Assembly (NCBI GenBank): GCA_965198225.1
Contig: CBDAOY010000008.1
Location: 256,001-320,000, forward strand
DNA length: 64,000 bases
Source of the DNA: Terriglobia bacterium
GTDB lineage: Bacteria > Acidobacteriota > Terriglobia > 20CM-2-55-15
Direction of reading: 5' to 3'
Below, piece by piece: positions 9,218-17,860 of this stretch; the stretch's first letter is position 1; each line of letters opens with the position of its first letter. The notes beneath the pieces were generated by a model that saw nothing but the letters and a program-made list of their open reading frames with translations, had not been told where the DNA came from and did no database searches. The position numbers were made by a program, and so were the translations under genes.

Positions 9218-10588
9218 ATGTTCATCACGAAGAAACACCTATCCCGACGCACCTTCCTGACGGGTGTGGGCGCGACCGTTGCGCTGCCGTTTCTCGAGTC
9301 GATGGTGCCTGCGCAGACGCCACAACGTCTGACCGCAGCCAACCCTCGAACTCGCCTGGCGTGCCTGGAAATGGTACACGGCAGCGCCGGCAGTACGCAG
9401 TACGGGATCGAGCACAACTACTGGATGCCGCCGACCGAAGGCGCCGATTTCGAGTTCGGATACATCCTGGAGCCGCTCGAGAGCTTCCGGGACTACATCA
9501 CGCTGGTCACCCAGACCGACCAGCGCCCGGCCGAAGCGTGGACGGCGGAGGAAGAAGGGGCCGACCACTTCCGTTCCAGCGCCGTGTTCCTGACGGCCGC
9601 TCACCCGAAGCAGACCGAGGGGTCCGATGTCCGGGCAGGGACGTCGATCGATCAGATCTATGCGAACCGGTTCGGTCAGGACACGCCGCTCCCCTCGATT
9701 CAGCTGTGCATCGAGAACGTGGATGCGACGGGTAACTGCGGGTACCACTACAGCTGTGTTTACATGAACTCGATCAGCTGGTCGTCGCCCGAGACCCCGC
9801 TGCCGATGACCATCGACCCGCGAATGGCGTTCGAAGATCTGTTCGGCGCCGGCGGCTCACCCGAGGCGCGGGCGGCCCGGCGACGCGCCAACCAGAGCAT
9901 CCTCGATGGCGTTACGCTCGAAGTGGCGCGGCTCCGGAAAGATCTGGGGCGGCGCGATCAGAACAGGCTGAACGACTACCTGGAGAGCGTCCGCGAGATC
10001 GAGCGGCGCATCGAAAAGATCGAGCAATACAACGCCAGCGGTGCGGAGCGGGAGCTGCCGTCGGCGCCGATCGGCGTGCCCGATTCCTGGGAAGAGCACG
10101 TCAAGATCATGTTCGACTTGCAGGTCCTCGCGTTCTCTGCGGAAGTGACGCGCGTTTCGTCGCACAAGCTCAGCCGGGACGTGAGCAATCGCGTGTTCGA
10201 AGCGAGCGGGAACAAGACGCCGTTCCATTCGGCATCGCACCATGGGTCGACGCCGAAGGGGATCGAGGATTACACGAAGATCAACCGCTACCACATCGAC
10301 CTGTTCGGGTATTTCCTCGACAAGCTCCGGAACACTCCAGATGGAGACGGGAACCTCCTGGATCATTCCATGGTCCTGTACGGCAGCCCGATGGGCGATT
10401 CCAACGTGCACGCGCACAAGCGAGTGCCGATGTTGCTGGTCGGCCATGCCAATGGTCAGCTCAAAGGGAATTGGCATGTCCGCGCACCGGATGAGACCCC
10501 GACCGCCAACGTGCTGCTCGCCTTGCTGCACAAGCTGGGGATCGAACAGGACATCATCGGCGACAGTACGGGAGTCTTGTCGATATAG
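9218..10588 (+). CDS. DUF1552 (HxxSHH) family protein, Tat-exported
   Basis: SRRTFLTG Tat motif; FHSASHH; paralog of 1191-2570. Confidence 0.88.
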   Translation: MFITKKHLSRRTFLTGVGATVALPFLESMVPAQTPQRLTAANPRTRLACLEMVHGSAGSTQYGIEHNYWMPPTEGADFEFGYILEPLESFRDYITLVTQTDQRPAEAWTAEEEGADHFRSSAVFLTAAHPKQTEGSDVRAGTSIDQIYANRFGQDTPLPSIQLCIENVDATGNCGYHYSCVYMNSISWSSPETPLPMTIDPRMAFEDLFGAGGSPEARAARRRANQSILDGVTLEVARLRKDLGRRDQNRLNDYLESVREIERRIEKIEQYNASGAERELPSAPIGVPDSWEEHVKIMFDLQVLAFSAEVTRVSSHKLSRDVSNRVFEASGNKTPFHSASHHGSTPKGIEDYTKINRYHIDLFGYFLDKLRNTPDGDGNLLDHSMVLYGSPMGDSNVHAHKRVPMLLVGHANGQLKGNWHVRAPDETPTANVLLALLHKLGIEQDIIGDSTGVLSI

Positions 10589-10639
10589 AACCGACCGTTG
10601 AAACAGGTTTAAGAGAAGCGTTAGTTAAAGGAAGAGACA

Positions 10640-12205
10640 ATGAAAACACTCGGACTAAGCTTACTTGCTCTACTCGTCGCGACCACGGCGATCGTTGCCG
10701 CGGCCAACGAGACCGAACTCGTCGAAGCCGCGATGCGCGGGGACACGGCTGAGGTACGCTCGTTGCTGGACGCCGGGGCCGACGTCAATGCGGTTTACGG
10801 TGACGGCAGCACGGCACTGCATTGGGCTGCCGGCAACGGTGATCTGGAACTGAGCCGCCTGCTGCTCGATGCTGGCGCCAGGGTCGATGCCGTCACACGG
10901 ATCGGATCGATGACCCCGCTGTTCATGGCGGCCAGGAGCGGGGAGGCTGGCGTGATCGAGACACTGCTGGAGGCAGGTGCGAGCGCGGACGAGGCCAACG
11001 ACAACGGGACGACGGTCTTGATGAGTGCGGCGGCTTCCGGAAACGTCGAAGCGGTTCGGGCGCTCATCGAAGCCGGTGCGGATGTCAATGCCACCGAGGA
11101 GACCAACGGTCAGACTGCGTTGATGTTTGCGGCCACCCTCAACCGTGCGGAAGCGATCCAGGCTCTGATCTCCAACGGCGCGGACACGGGCGTAATGACG
11201 AAGGTTTCCAAGCTACCGAACCGTGGCCGAGGCGGGCGGCGGTCCGGTCCGGCCGTCGTCGGCGGGATGACGGCATTGCACTTCGCGTGCCGGGACGGAC
11301 AGATGGATGCCGTCCGCGAACTCGTGGCCGGCGGAGCCGACATCAACGCAGTCACGGAGTCGAAACAGACCCCTCCGATCACGGAAGCCATCCTCAATGC
11401 CAATCTCGACATCGCCAAGTTCCTGCTCGGCAACGGCGCCGATGTGAACATTCCGAACGGCGACGGTCTGCTGCCGCTTTTTGCCACCTTGGACATCCAG
11501 TGGAGGCAAAACACCTGGTATCCGCAGCCGAACGTGTCGGAAGAGAGGACCAGTTATCTGGATCTCATGGAGGAAATCCTGGCCCATGGTGCCGACGTGA
11601 ATGCCCGGTTGGGAAAGAGGCTGTGGTACCGGACTTTTCGCTACAGCGGGGGCTGGATCGATCCGGCCGGCTCAACTGCCCTCTGGCGTGCAGCAGAGGC
11701 GAACGATGTGGACGCGATGCGTCTGCTCGCCTCCCACGGCGCCAATCCGACGATTCCGACTGCCCAGGGCACGACTCCCCTGATGGTCGCAGCAGGTTAC
11801 GGCTTCACGTGGCAGGCGACCAACATCAAGCCGGATTCGCGAATCGACGCCCTCAGGCACCTGGTTGAAGAGCTCGGCGCCGACGTCAATGGTAAGGACC
11901 TGCAGGATTACACGGCCTTGCACGGAGCTGCCTACGTGGGCGACGACGACGCCATCATGTACCTGGTGGCCAGAGGCGCCGACGTCGGCGCGCGGGCGAG
12001 TGCCCGCCTCGGGTCCCGGGCCCCGACCCCTGTCGAGCCTGGTACCGGAGACACGGTAACCGACTTTGCGAACGGTCCCCACGAGAAGTCCCTGTTGTTC
12101 CCGGACACGGTCCGGCTGCTGGAGTATCTCGGCTCGGAAAACTCCCACGACTGCCGGTCGACGGGGTGCGTGAACAACACGAAGGAGGATCGGCCACGTC
12201 GTTAG
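10640..12205 (+). CDS. Secreted ankyrin-repeat protein
   Basis: Signal peptide; many G-TALH-AA / GADVN repeats. Confidence 0.9.
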   Translation: MKTLGLSLLALLVATTAIVAAANETELVEAAMRGDTAEVRSLLDAGADVNAVYGDGSTALHWAAGNGDLELSRLLLDAGARVDAVTRIGSMTPLFMAARSGEAGVIETLLEAGASADEANDNGTTVLMSAAASGNVEAVRALIEAGADVNATEETNGQTALMFAATLNRAEAIQALISNGADTGVMTKVSKLPNRGRGGRRSGPAVVGGMTALHFACRDGQMDAVRELVAGGADINAVTESKQTPPITEAILNANLDIAKFLLGNGADVNIPNGDGLLPLFATLDIQWRQNTWYPQPNVSEERTSYLDLMEEILAHGADVNARLGKRLWYRTFRYSGGWIDPAGSTALWRAAEANDVDAMRLLASHGANPTIPTAQGTTPLMVAAGYGFTWQATNIKPDSRIDALRHLVEELGADVNGKDLQDYTALHGAAYVGDDDAIMYLVARGADVGARASARLGSRAPTPVEPGTGDTVTDFANGPHEKSLLFPDTVRLLEYLGSENSHDCRSTGCVNNTKEDRPRR

Positions 12206-12230
12206 GAACGGCATGAGATGAGCGGAAAGG

Positions 12231-12255
12231 GCCCGGGAACATTCCCGGGCTTTTT
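12231..12255 (+). terminator. Probable intrinsic terminator
   Basis: GCCCGGGAA-CA-TTCCCGGGC stem followed by TTTTT after the ankyrin gene. Confidence 0.65.
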
Positions 12256-12272
12256 CATGGGGGAATCCAGGA

Positions 12273-13217
12273 ATGGAACAATCAGAGAATCCATGCCCGG
12301 CTGCCGAACCCGGAAGCATGAACCGCCGCCAGCTCCTCCAGGCCCTGTCTGTCCTGGCTGCTGCCGCCGCACTGCCCTTCAGGGCCGAGGCGGCGCCGGC
12401 CTTCAAACCGATCTGGCTGAACCAGTACACCTACGTTGCGCCCGACATGGCCGCCACGGCCGACTGGTACGTCGAGGTCTTCGGGATGCAGCGGGGCATG
12501 GCCACGGCGCGGGAGACTCACCTGTGGTTTGGCGACGTTCAGGGCGACACGCTGATGATCGTGCGGCAGGCGCAGGCAGGCGACACGGCGCCGGCCCTCA
12601 CGAGGTTCGGTTTCACGATCAACTACTGGGACCGGGATTTCGTGCGAGCCGAACTCGAGCGGCGCGGTCTCGATCCACAGCCCGACACCGACAAGGGATT
12701 CTGGTTCCGGGATTTGGAAGGCAACGAGATCGGTGTCTTCGCGCCGGACTGGATGGAGAGAACCGACGCGTCGACGTCGCGGCCCTCCGTGTTGCAGGCG
12801 CTCAGCGCGAACCACATTGTCGTCGTCAGCTCAGACTATAAGAAGCTTGCCGACTGGTACCATGACCTGATCGCGCTCAACCAGACGACCGACTCCGGAA
12901 GAGACGTCGTCCAATGGTTCGGAGATACGGCCTGGCTTCCGACACAGGTGCGCGAGGGCGCGCAGACTTCCGCGGCTCTCGGTACATTCGACCACTGCGC
13001 TCTGACGGTTGCCGACTACGATACGCGAACGGTCGTGCCGGAGATGAAACGCCATGGGATTATCTCGCCGGATCGAGAGATAGAGGACGACGACACGGGC
13101 ATATATGGTGTCGACCTGAATGACTTCAAGATTCAGGTCTGTGCCTGGAACGAGGCGCCCAACCAGGACCGTCGGCGATTGCAACGGTCCCGGCAGCGAG
13201 GCCGTCCCGTTAGATAA
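12273..13217 (+). CDS. Tat-exported VOC/glyoxalase-like protein
   Basis: NRRQLLQ Tat motif; DMAATADWYVEVFG and FWFRDLEGNEIG VOC motifs; tandem domains. Confidence 0.75.
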   Translation: MEQSENPCPAAEPGSMNRRQLLQALSVLAAAAALPFRAEAAPAFKPIWLNQYTYVAPDMAATADWYVEVFGMQRGMATARETHLWFGDVQGDTLMIVRQAQAGDTAPALTRFGFTINYWDRDFVRAELERRGLDPQPDTDKGFWFRDLEGNEIGVFAPDWMERTDASTSRPSVLQALSANHIVVVSSDYKKLADWYHDLIALNQTTDSGRDVVQWFGDTAWLPTQVREGAQTSAALGTFDHCALTVADYDTRTVVPEMKRHGIISPDREIEDDDTGIYGVDLNDFKIQVCAWNEAPNQDRRRLQRSRQRGRPVR

Positions 13218-13234
13218 CGAAAGGAGAGGCAGAA

Positions 13235-14146
13235 ATGGATAGAGTCGGAAAGCTTTTTCGGGAACTGGATGGGAAGAGAATCAGCCGGCGGCAGCTCCTG
13301 CAGGGGATGGCAGCGGCGGCGACCGCTGCGGCCCTGCCTGTGCGGTCCGAGGCTGCGGCGTTCAAGGGGACCTGGGTCAACCAGTACACCTACGTCGCGC
13401 CCGATCTCAACAAGACCGTGGACTGGTACGTCGAGGTGTTCGGGATGCAGAGGGGCCACACCGACGCGAAGCGGGTTCACCTCTGGTATGGCGACACCGG
13501 AGGGGACACGCTGATGATCGTCCGGCAGGCCGAAGCCGGCGAGAAAGCTCCTCGTATCGATAAGTTCGGGTTTACGATCGCCGACTGGGATCGTACGGCC
13601 GTCGAGGCGGAGTTGCGACGTCTCGGGCGACGGCCCCAATCCGACACGGAGAAAGGGTTCTGGTTCGACGACCTGGACGGGAACGAGATCGGGCTGTTTG
13701 CCGCGGACTACGTCGAAAGACCGTCGGCATCTTCGGCGGCCCCGATGCTGTGGAAGGCGGTAAGCGCCAACCACATCGTCATCCTGACCGAAGATTACGA
13801 GGCGATGGCCGTCTGGTACAAGGACCTCCTCGACCTCAGACAGACGCGTAATTCGGGCCGGGATACCTATCTTTGGCTGAGCGATTCCGTCTGGATTCCG
13901 ACCATGGTGCGCGAGGATGGCATGACCTCTGCGGCCCTGGGAACGCTCGATCACGTTGCCTATTCGATCGAGACGTTTGAAAAGGAGTCCGTGGAAGCCG
14001 AACTGCAGCGCCGCAACCTGCAACCCGTACTCGACGCCGAGTACAGTTTCAACTGTGTCGACATCAACGGCTTCAAGACCCAGGTGTGCGACAAGGAACT
14101 CGTGGTCTTCGCCGAGCAGCGACCGCCTCGGGGCGGTGAGCTGTAA
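13235..14146 (+). CDS. Tat-exported VOC/glyoxalase-like protein (paralog)
   Basis: SRRQLLQ Tat motif; clear similarity to the preceding gene. Confidence 0.75.
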   Translation: MDRVGKLFRELDGKRISRRQLLQGMAAAATAAALPVRSEAAAFKGTWVNQYTYVAPDLNKTVDWYVEVFGMQRGHTDAKRVHLWYGDTGGDTLMIVRQAEAGEKAPRIDKFGFTIADWDRTAVEAELRRLGRRPQSDTEKGFWFDDLDGNEIGLFAADYVERPSASSAAPMLWKAVSANHIVILTEDYEAMAVWYKDLLDLRQTRNSGRDTYLWLSDSVWIPTMVREDGMTSAALGTLDHVAYSIETFEKESVEAELQRRNLQPVLDAEYSFNCVDINGFKTQVCDKELVVFAEQRPPRGGEL

Positions 14147-14170
14147 CCTCTTAGTGTCGAAATCTGCAAG

Positions 14171-14572
14171 CTAAAGGTCGATCAGCATCTTCAGATCCCG
14201 CAGGAACTGCTGTTTGTCCTTCGGGGAAATCAAGATGTAGTCGCTCGCGCCGTAGTCGATACGCAGCCGGTCCGTCGACAGGGCCGGGGCAGACGTCATC
14301 TCCCTGCTTTCCTTGACTGAACGGACGAGTTTGAGCGGGATCTTCCAACGGAAAAGGCCGAACCGAACGTAGAGGGTGTCCGGCGTCAGGCGGTAAGAGG
14401 TCGCTAAAAAAAACCACAGCGGAACGACGAAACCGGCCAACGCGACAATCAGGGCCGGAGCCGGCCAGCCTTCCTCCAGGAGCCGAAGCACGACCCGCAC
14501 GCCGATGAACGCCGAAGCGCCCACGGCGAGGAACACCCACCAGTCCATCTTCGATCTGTACGTCCTATCCAT
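14171..14572 (-). CDS. Bacterial PH-domain membrane protein
   Basis: Two TM helices, then SAPALSTDRLRIDYG...LISPKDK. Confidence 0.7.
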   Translation of the reverse strand: MDRTYRSKMDWWVFLAVGASAFIGVRVVLRLLEEGWPAPALIVALAGFVVPLWFFLATSYRLTPDTLYVRFGLFRWKIPLKLVRSVKESREMTSAPALSTDRLRIDYGASDYILISPKDKQQFLRDLKMLIDL

Positions 14573-15429
14573 GCCCTGCGCTGTCCTTCGAGGAAGGTCT
14601 CAATATCAAGGACGTAACAGCAGCAGGAAAACTTTCGAGGAATCGGAAGCCCGGCGATTTTTTATTCGTTCCTCAGAACCTGGATCGGGTCCACCTTCAG
14701 AGCCTTCCGTGTCGGAAGGTACCCGGACACCATCGAGATTGCCGCCAGCAAGCCGGTGAAGGCGAGGAACGGACCTGTTTCCAATCCGACGGTCCCAAAC
14801 AGCGCGCTTTCCATCAAGCGACCGAGTGCGAACGCCAGCGCAATGCCTAGAGCAAGCCCTACGGCCGTCAACCGCCTCGCACGGGCCAGCATCAGTCCCA
14901 GGATGTTGCCCGAAGAGGCCCCCAGGGCTGTGCGGATTCCGATCTCATGGACCCGCTGATTCACCAAGTATGTCATCAGTCCGTAGATACCCATCGATGA
15001 GATCAGCAGGGCCAGGGCCCCGAGAACGCTCATGATCGACCCGGCGTACTGAAGGCCGATCGTCGTGTCCTGGATCGCACGTTTCATCGTCCGGACTTCG
15101 TAGATCGGCTGTGACGGGTCGACGCGGAGGATGGCTTCGCGCACGGGCTGGGCGTGCAAGGTGGTATCGTCCGCCGTCCGCAATCCGATGGCGATATCCA
15201 GCCGCGGTGCCTGCGCATAAGGGAGGTAGGCGAGGCGATCAGCAGGACCAGGCCCGCTCCGAACTGCATAACCCCGAGGAATGCCGGCGCTCCGGGATCG
15301 ACCAGCCCTTCGGAGAGCGATCGGACTCCTACGTCCCACCCCCTGTTGTCGTCGGGATACTGCTCCTGTAACCGCTCCCCGATGACCCGCATCTCGGAAG
15401 CCGCGTCCTCGAGTTGAGGTATCTGGCAC

Positions 15430-16748
15430 CAGTAGTGTCCGACAGATTTAGGACCTCCCGGTCCTAAAGTTAGAACTGACGCGATGTAGCGCGCTTGTCA
15501 AGGTGTTAACGATTTGATTTCTGTGCGGCCTTCGCGGCAGCCTTTCCAGAGGTTTCTGGGAGGCACCGATGCACGCTGGCAAGCTGGTCTTCGCACAAGT
15601 CATGGAGTTCGCGCCGTGGTATACGTTCCGTCGTCTGGTGACCAAGTACCGCGGCAATTTCAACGTCCGCACATTCAGTTGCCTGGACCAGTTCCTATGC
15701 ATGGCCTTCGCTCAGCTGACCTATCGGGAGAGCCTGCGCGACATTCAAGCCTGCTTGCGAGCCCAACCCGCCAAGCTCTACCACCTGGGGTTGCACGGGA
15801 AGGTCAGCCGCAGTGCATTGGCCGATGCCAACGAGTCTCGCGACTGGCGCATCTACGGAGAGTTCGCTCAGGCGCTGATCCGCATCGCACGCCGCTTGTA
15901 TGCCCACGAGCCGCTCGGGATCGACCTGGACGAAACCGTCTACGCGCTCGACTCCACGATGATCAGTCTGTGCTTGTCGCTGTTCCCTTGGGCGCACTTT
16001 CGAAAGACCGAAGCCGCGGTGAAGCTTCATACGCTGCTCGACCTGCGTGGCGGTATCCCCAGCTTCATCCACATCTCCGAAGGCAGGCTGCACGACGTCA
16101 ACGTTCTCGACCTGCTCATCGCCGAAGCCGGTGCTTTCTACGTGATGGACCGCGGCTATCTCGACTTCGATCGCCTCTACACCTTCAATCAAGCCGGGAG
16201 CTTCTTCGTCACCCGTGCTCGATCCGACTTCGCGTTCAAGCGCATCTACTCCCAACCCGTCGACCGACACACGGGCCTCATCTGCGATCAGACTATCGAA
16301 CTGACCGTATTTCGCTCCCGCCGCGGCTACCCCGAACGGTTGCGTCGCATTCGTTATCGCGATCCCGAGGGTCGGCGACTGGTTTTCTTGACCAATCACA
16401 TGACGCTCCCAGCCCGGACCATCTGCGAGTTGTATCGCCTGCGCTGGCAGGTGGAGCTGTTCTTCAAATGGATCAAACAGCACCTGCGCATCAAGCGTTT
16501 CTTCGGCACTTCCGAGAACGCCGTCAAAACTCAGGTCTGGGTCGCCGTGAGCGTTTACGTGCTGGTGGCTATCGTGCGTAAAGAACTGAATTTGCCTTTG
16601 TCGTTGCACTCAATGTTACAGATCTTGAGTGTCACACCATTTGAGAATGTGCCTCTTTTTCAGCTGCTTACCGAATCCGGGCTCATCTCAAATCGACACT
16701 CTAACGCTAACCAATTGAATCTATTCTGAAACGTGTCGGACACTACTG
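15430..16748 (+). mobile_element. IS4-family insertion sequence (1319 bp)
   Basis: TIRs CAGTAGTGTCCGACA (15 bp perfect); 9-bp target duplication ATCTGGCAC at 15421-15429 and 16749-16757. Confidence 0.93.
15569..16729 (+). CDS. IS4-family DDE transposase
   Basis: ALDST, VMDRGY and YRLRWQVELFFKWIKQ (YREK) motifs. Confidence 0.93.
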   Translation: MHAGKLVFAQVMEFAPWYTFRRLVTKYRGNFNVRTFSCLDQFLCMAFAQLTYRESLRDIQACLRAQPAKLYHLGLHGKVSRSALADANESRDWRIYGEFAQALIRIARRLYAHEPLGIDLDETVYALDSTMISLCLSLFPWAHFRKTEAAVKLHTLLDLRGGIPSFIHISEGRLHDVNVLDLLIAEAGAFYVMDRGYLDFDRLYTFNQAGSFFVTRARSDFAFKRIYSQPVDRHTGLICDQTIELTVFRSRRGYPERLRRIRYRDPEGRRLVFLTNHMTLPARTICELYRLRWQVELFFKWIKQHLRIKRFFGTSENAVKTQVWVAVSVYVLVAIVRKELNLPLSLHSMLQILSVTPFENVPLFQLLTESGLISNRHSNANQLNLF

Positions 16749-17502
16749 ATCTGGCACCTCTGTTCTCACGCACATCGGGTGGGAAGGCGAGGGGAGACCA
16801 TACCTGTGCGCCGACGGGGAAGTCGAATCCCTCCGGCGCGACGCCGACGACGGTGTATGCCTCGCCGTCGAGCGTGATCGCCTGGCCCAGGACGGAAGGA
16901 TCGGCGCCAAAGCGTCTGCTCCAGAGACCGTGGCCCAGGATCACGCGGTACCGGTTGGCGACCTGCTCTTCTTCGGGCAGGAAGGTTCGGCCCATGACCG
17001 GTTCGACGCCTAGGATTTCGAAGAACCCGGGAGATGCGAACATTCCCTGGATGCGTTCGGGTTCGTCGCGGCCTTCAAGATTGACGTCCCAGTACTCGTA
17101 AGCGGCGAGCGTTTCGTAAACGTCGCTTTGTTCCCGCCAGTCGAGGTAATTGGCCGGTGCAACTGAGAAACCTTCGAACTCGAACAGGCTGTCGGGAGAA
17201 CTCTCAGCGAGCATGACCAAGCGGTCGACGTCCTCGATCGGAAACGGGCGGAGAACGATGGCATCGATCACGCTGAAGATGGCCCCGTTGGCACCCAGGC
17301 CGAAGGCCAGCATGAGGCCGACGCTGGCGCTCAGCAACGGCTGCCGGGCGATCATCCGAAAGGAGAAATGGATATCTTGTTTGAAATTGTGCATTTAGGG
17401 CCTGATCCTCCAGTCCGGGAATCATACGGCTCCCGGCAGGCAAAGGTTCCGCCGAAGACTGCTTTGATTGTAATGACGGAGGTTTTCGAGCGTCTTTAAC
17501 AG

Positions 17503-17771
17503 CTAGTGGCCTGTAACAGAGAGAGTGATAGCGGCGTTGCGAGCGCAACGGTACCGGATTCTAGGAGCGCCGCCCGAGGAAATGCTGCTTCATTGCGAGA
17601 AGGCGCGACGACGAAGACGGTGCTGTTCCGCCGCAACCCGAAGGGACGATGGGCCTTGCCAGCCGCCTAGATGAGTCAGGAAACAGCGATGTTTTCCATC
17701 GGCGACGAGTCGGGAGAGGACCCGCAAGGCCCATCGGCGACGCTGTCACTATCTCTGTTACAGGCCACTGG
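17503..17771 (+). mobile_element. Structured CTAG element, copy B
   Basis: Arms CTAGTGGCCTGTAACAGAGAGAGTGATAGCG / CGCTGTCACTATCTCTGTTACAGGCCACTGG; same internal architecture as the other copies. Confidence 0.85.
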
Positions 17772-17860
17772 GGCGGAACAAATCCCTGCGAGATGGCGTA
17801 CTTCCACAGCAACCCGGCAACAACTCTCACACGTTCCGGTGGATAGGAGAGGGAAGGATC

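Larger units (their letters stand above)
14662..17394 (-). pseudogene. ADOP-type (MacB/FtsX) ABC permease pseudogene, IS-interrupted and internally deleted
   Basis: N-terminus at 16749-17394 (QDIHFSFRM...); middle fragment about 15235-15412; C-terminus 14662-15235 (EIGIRTALGA...VDPIQVLRNE). Fragments are in different frames. Confidence 0.85.

Noticed and set aside
15514-16609. Overlapping 355-aa and 304-aa ORFs within the IS4
   Set aside because: Alternative-frame shadows typical of GC-rich coding DNA.
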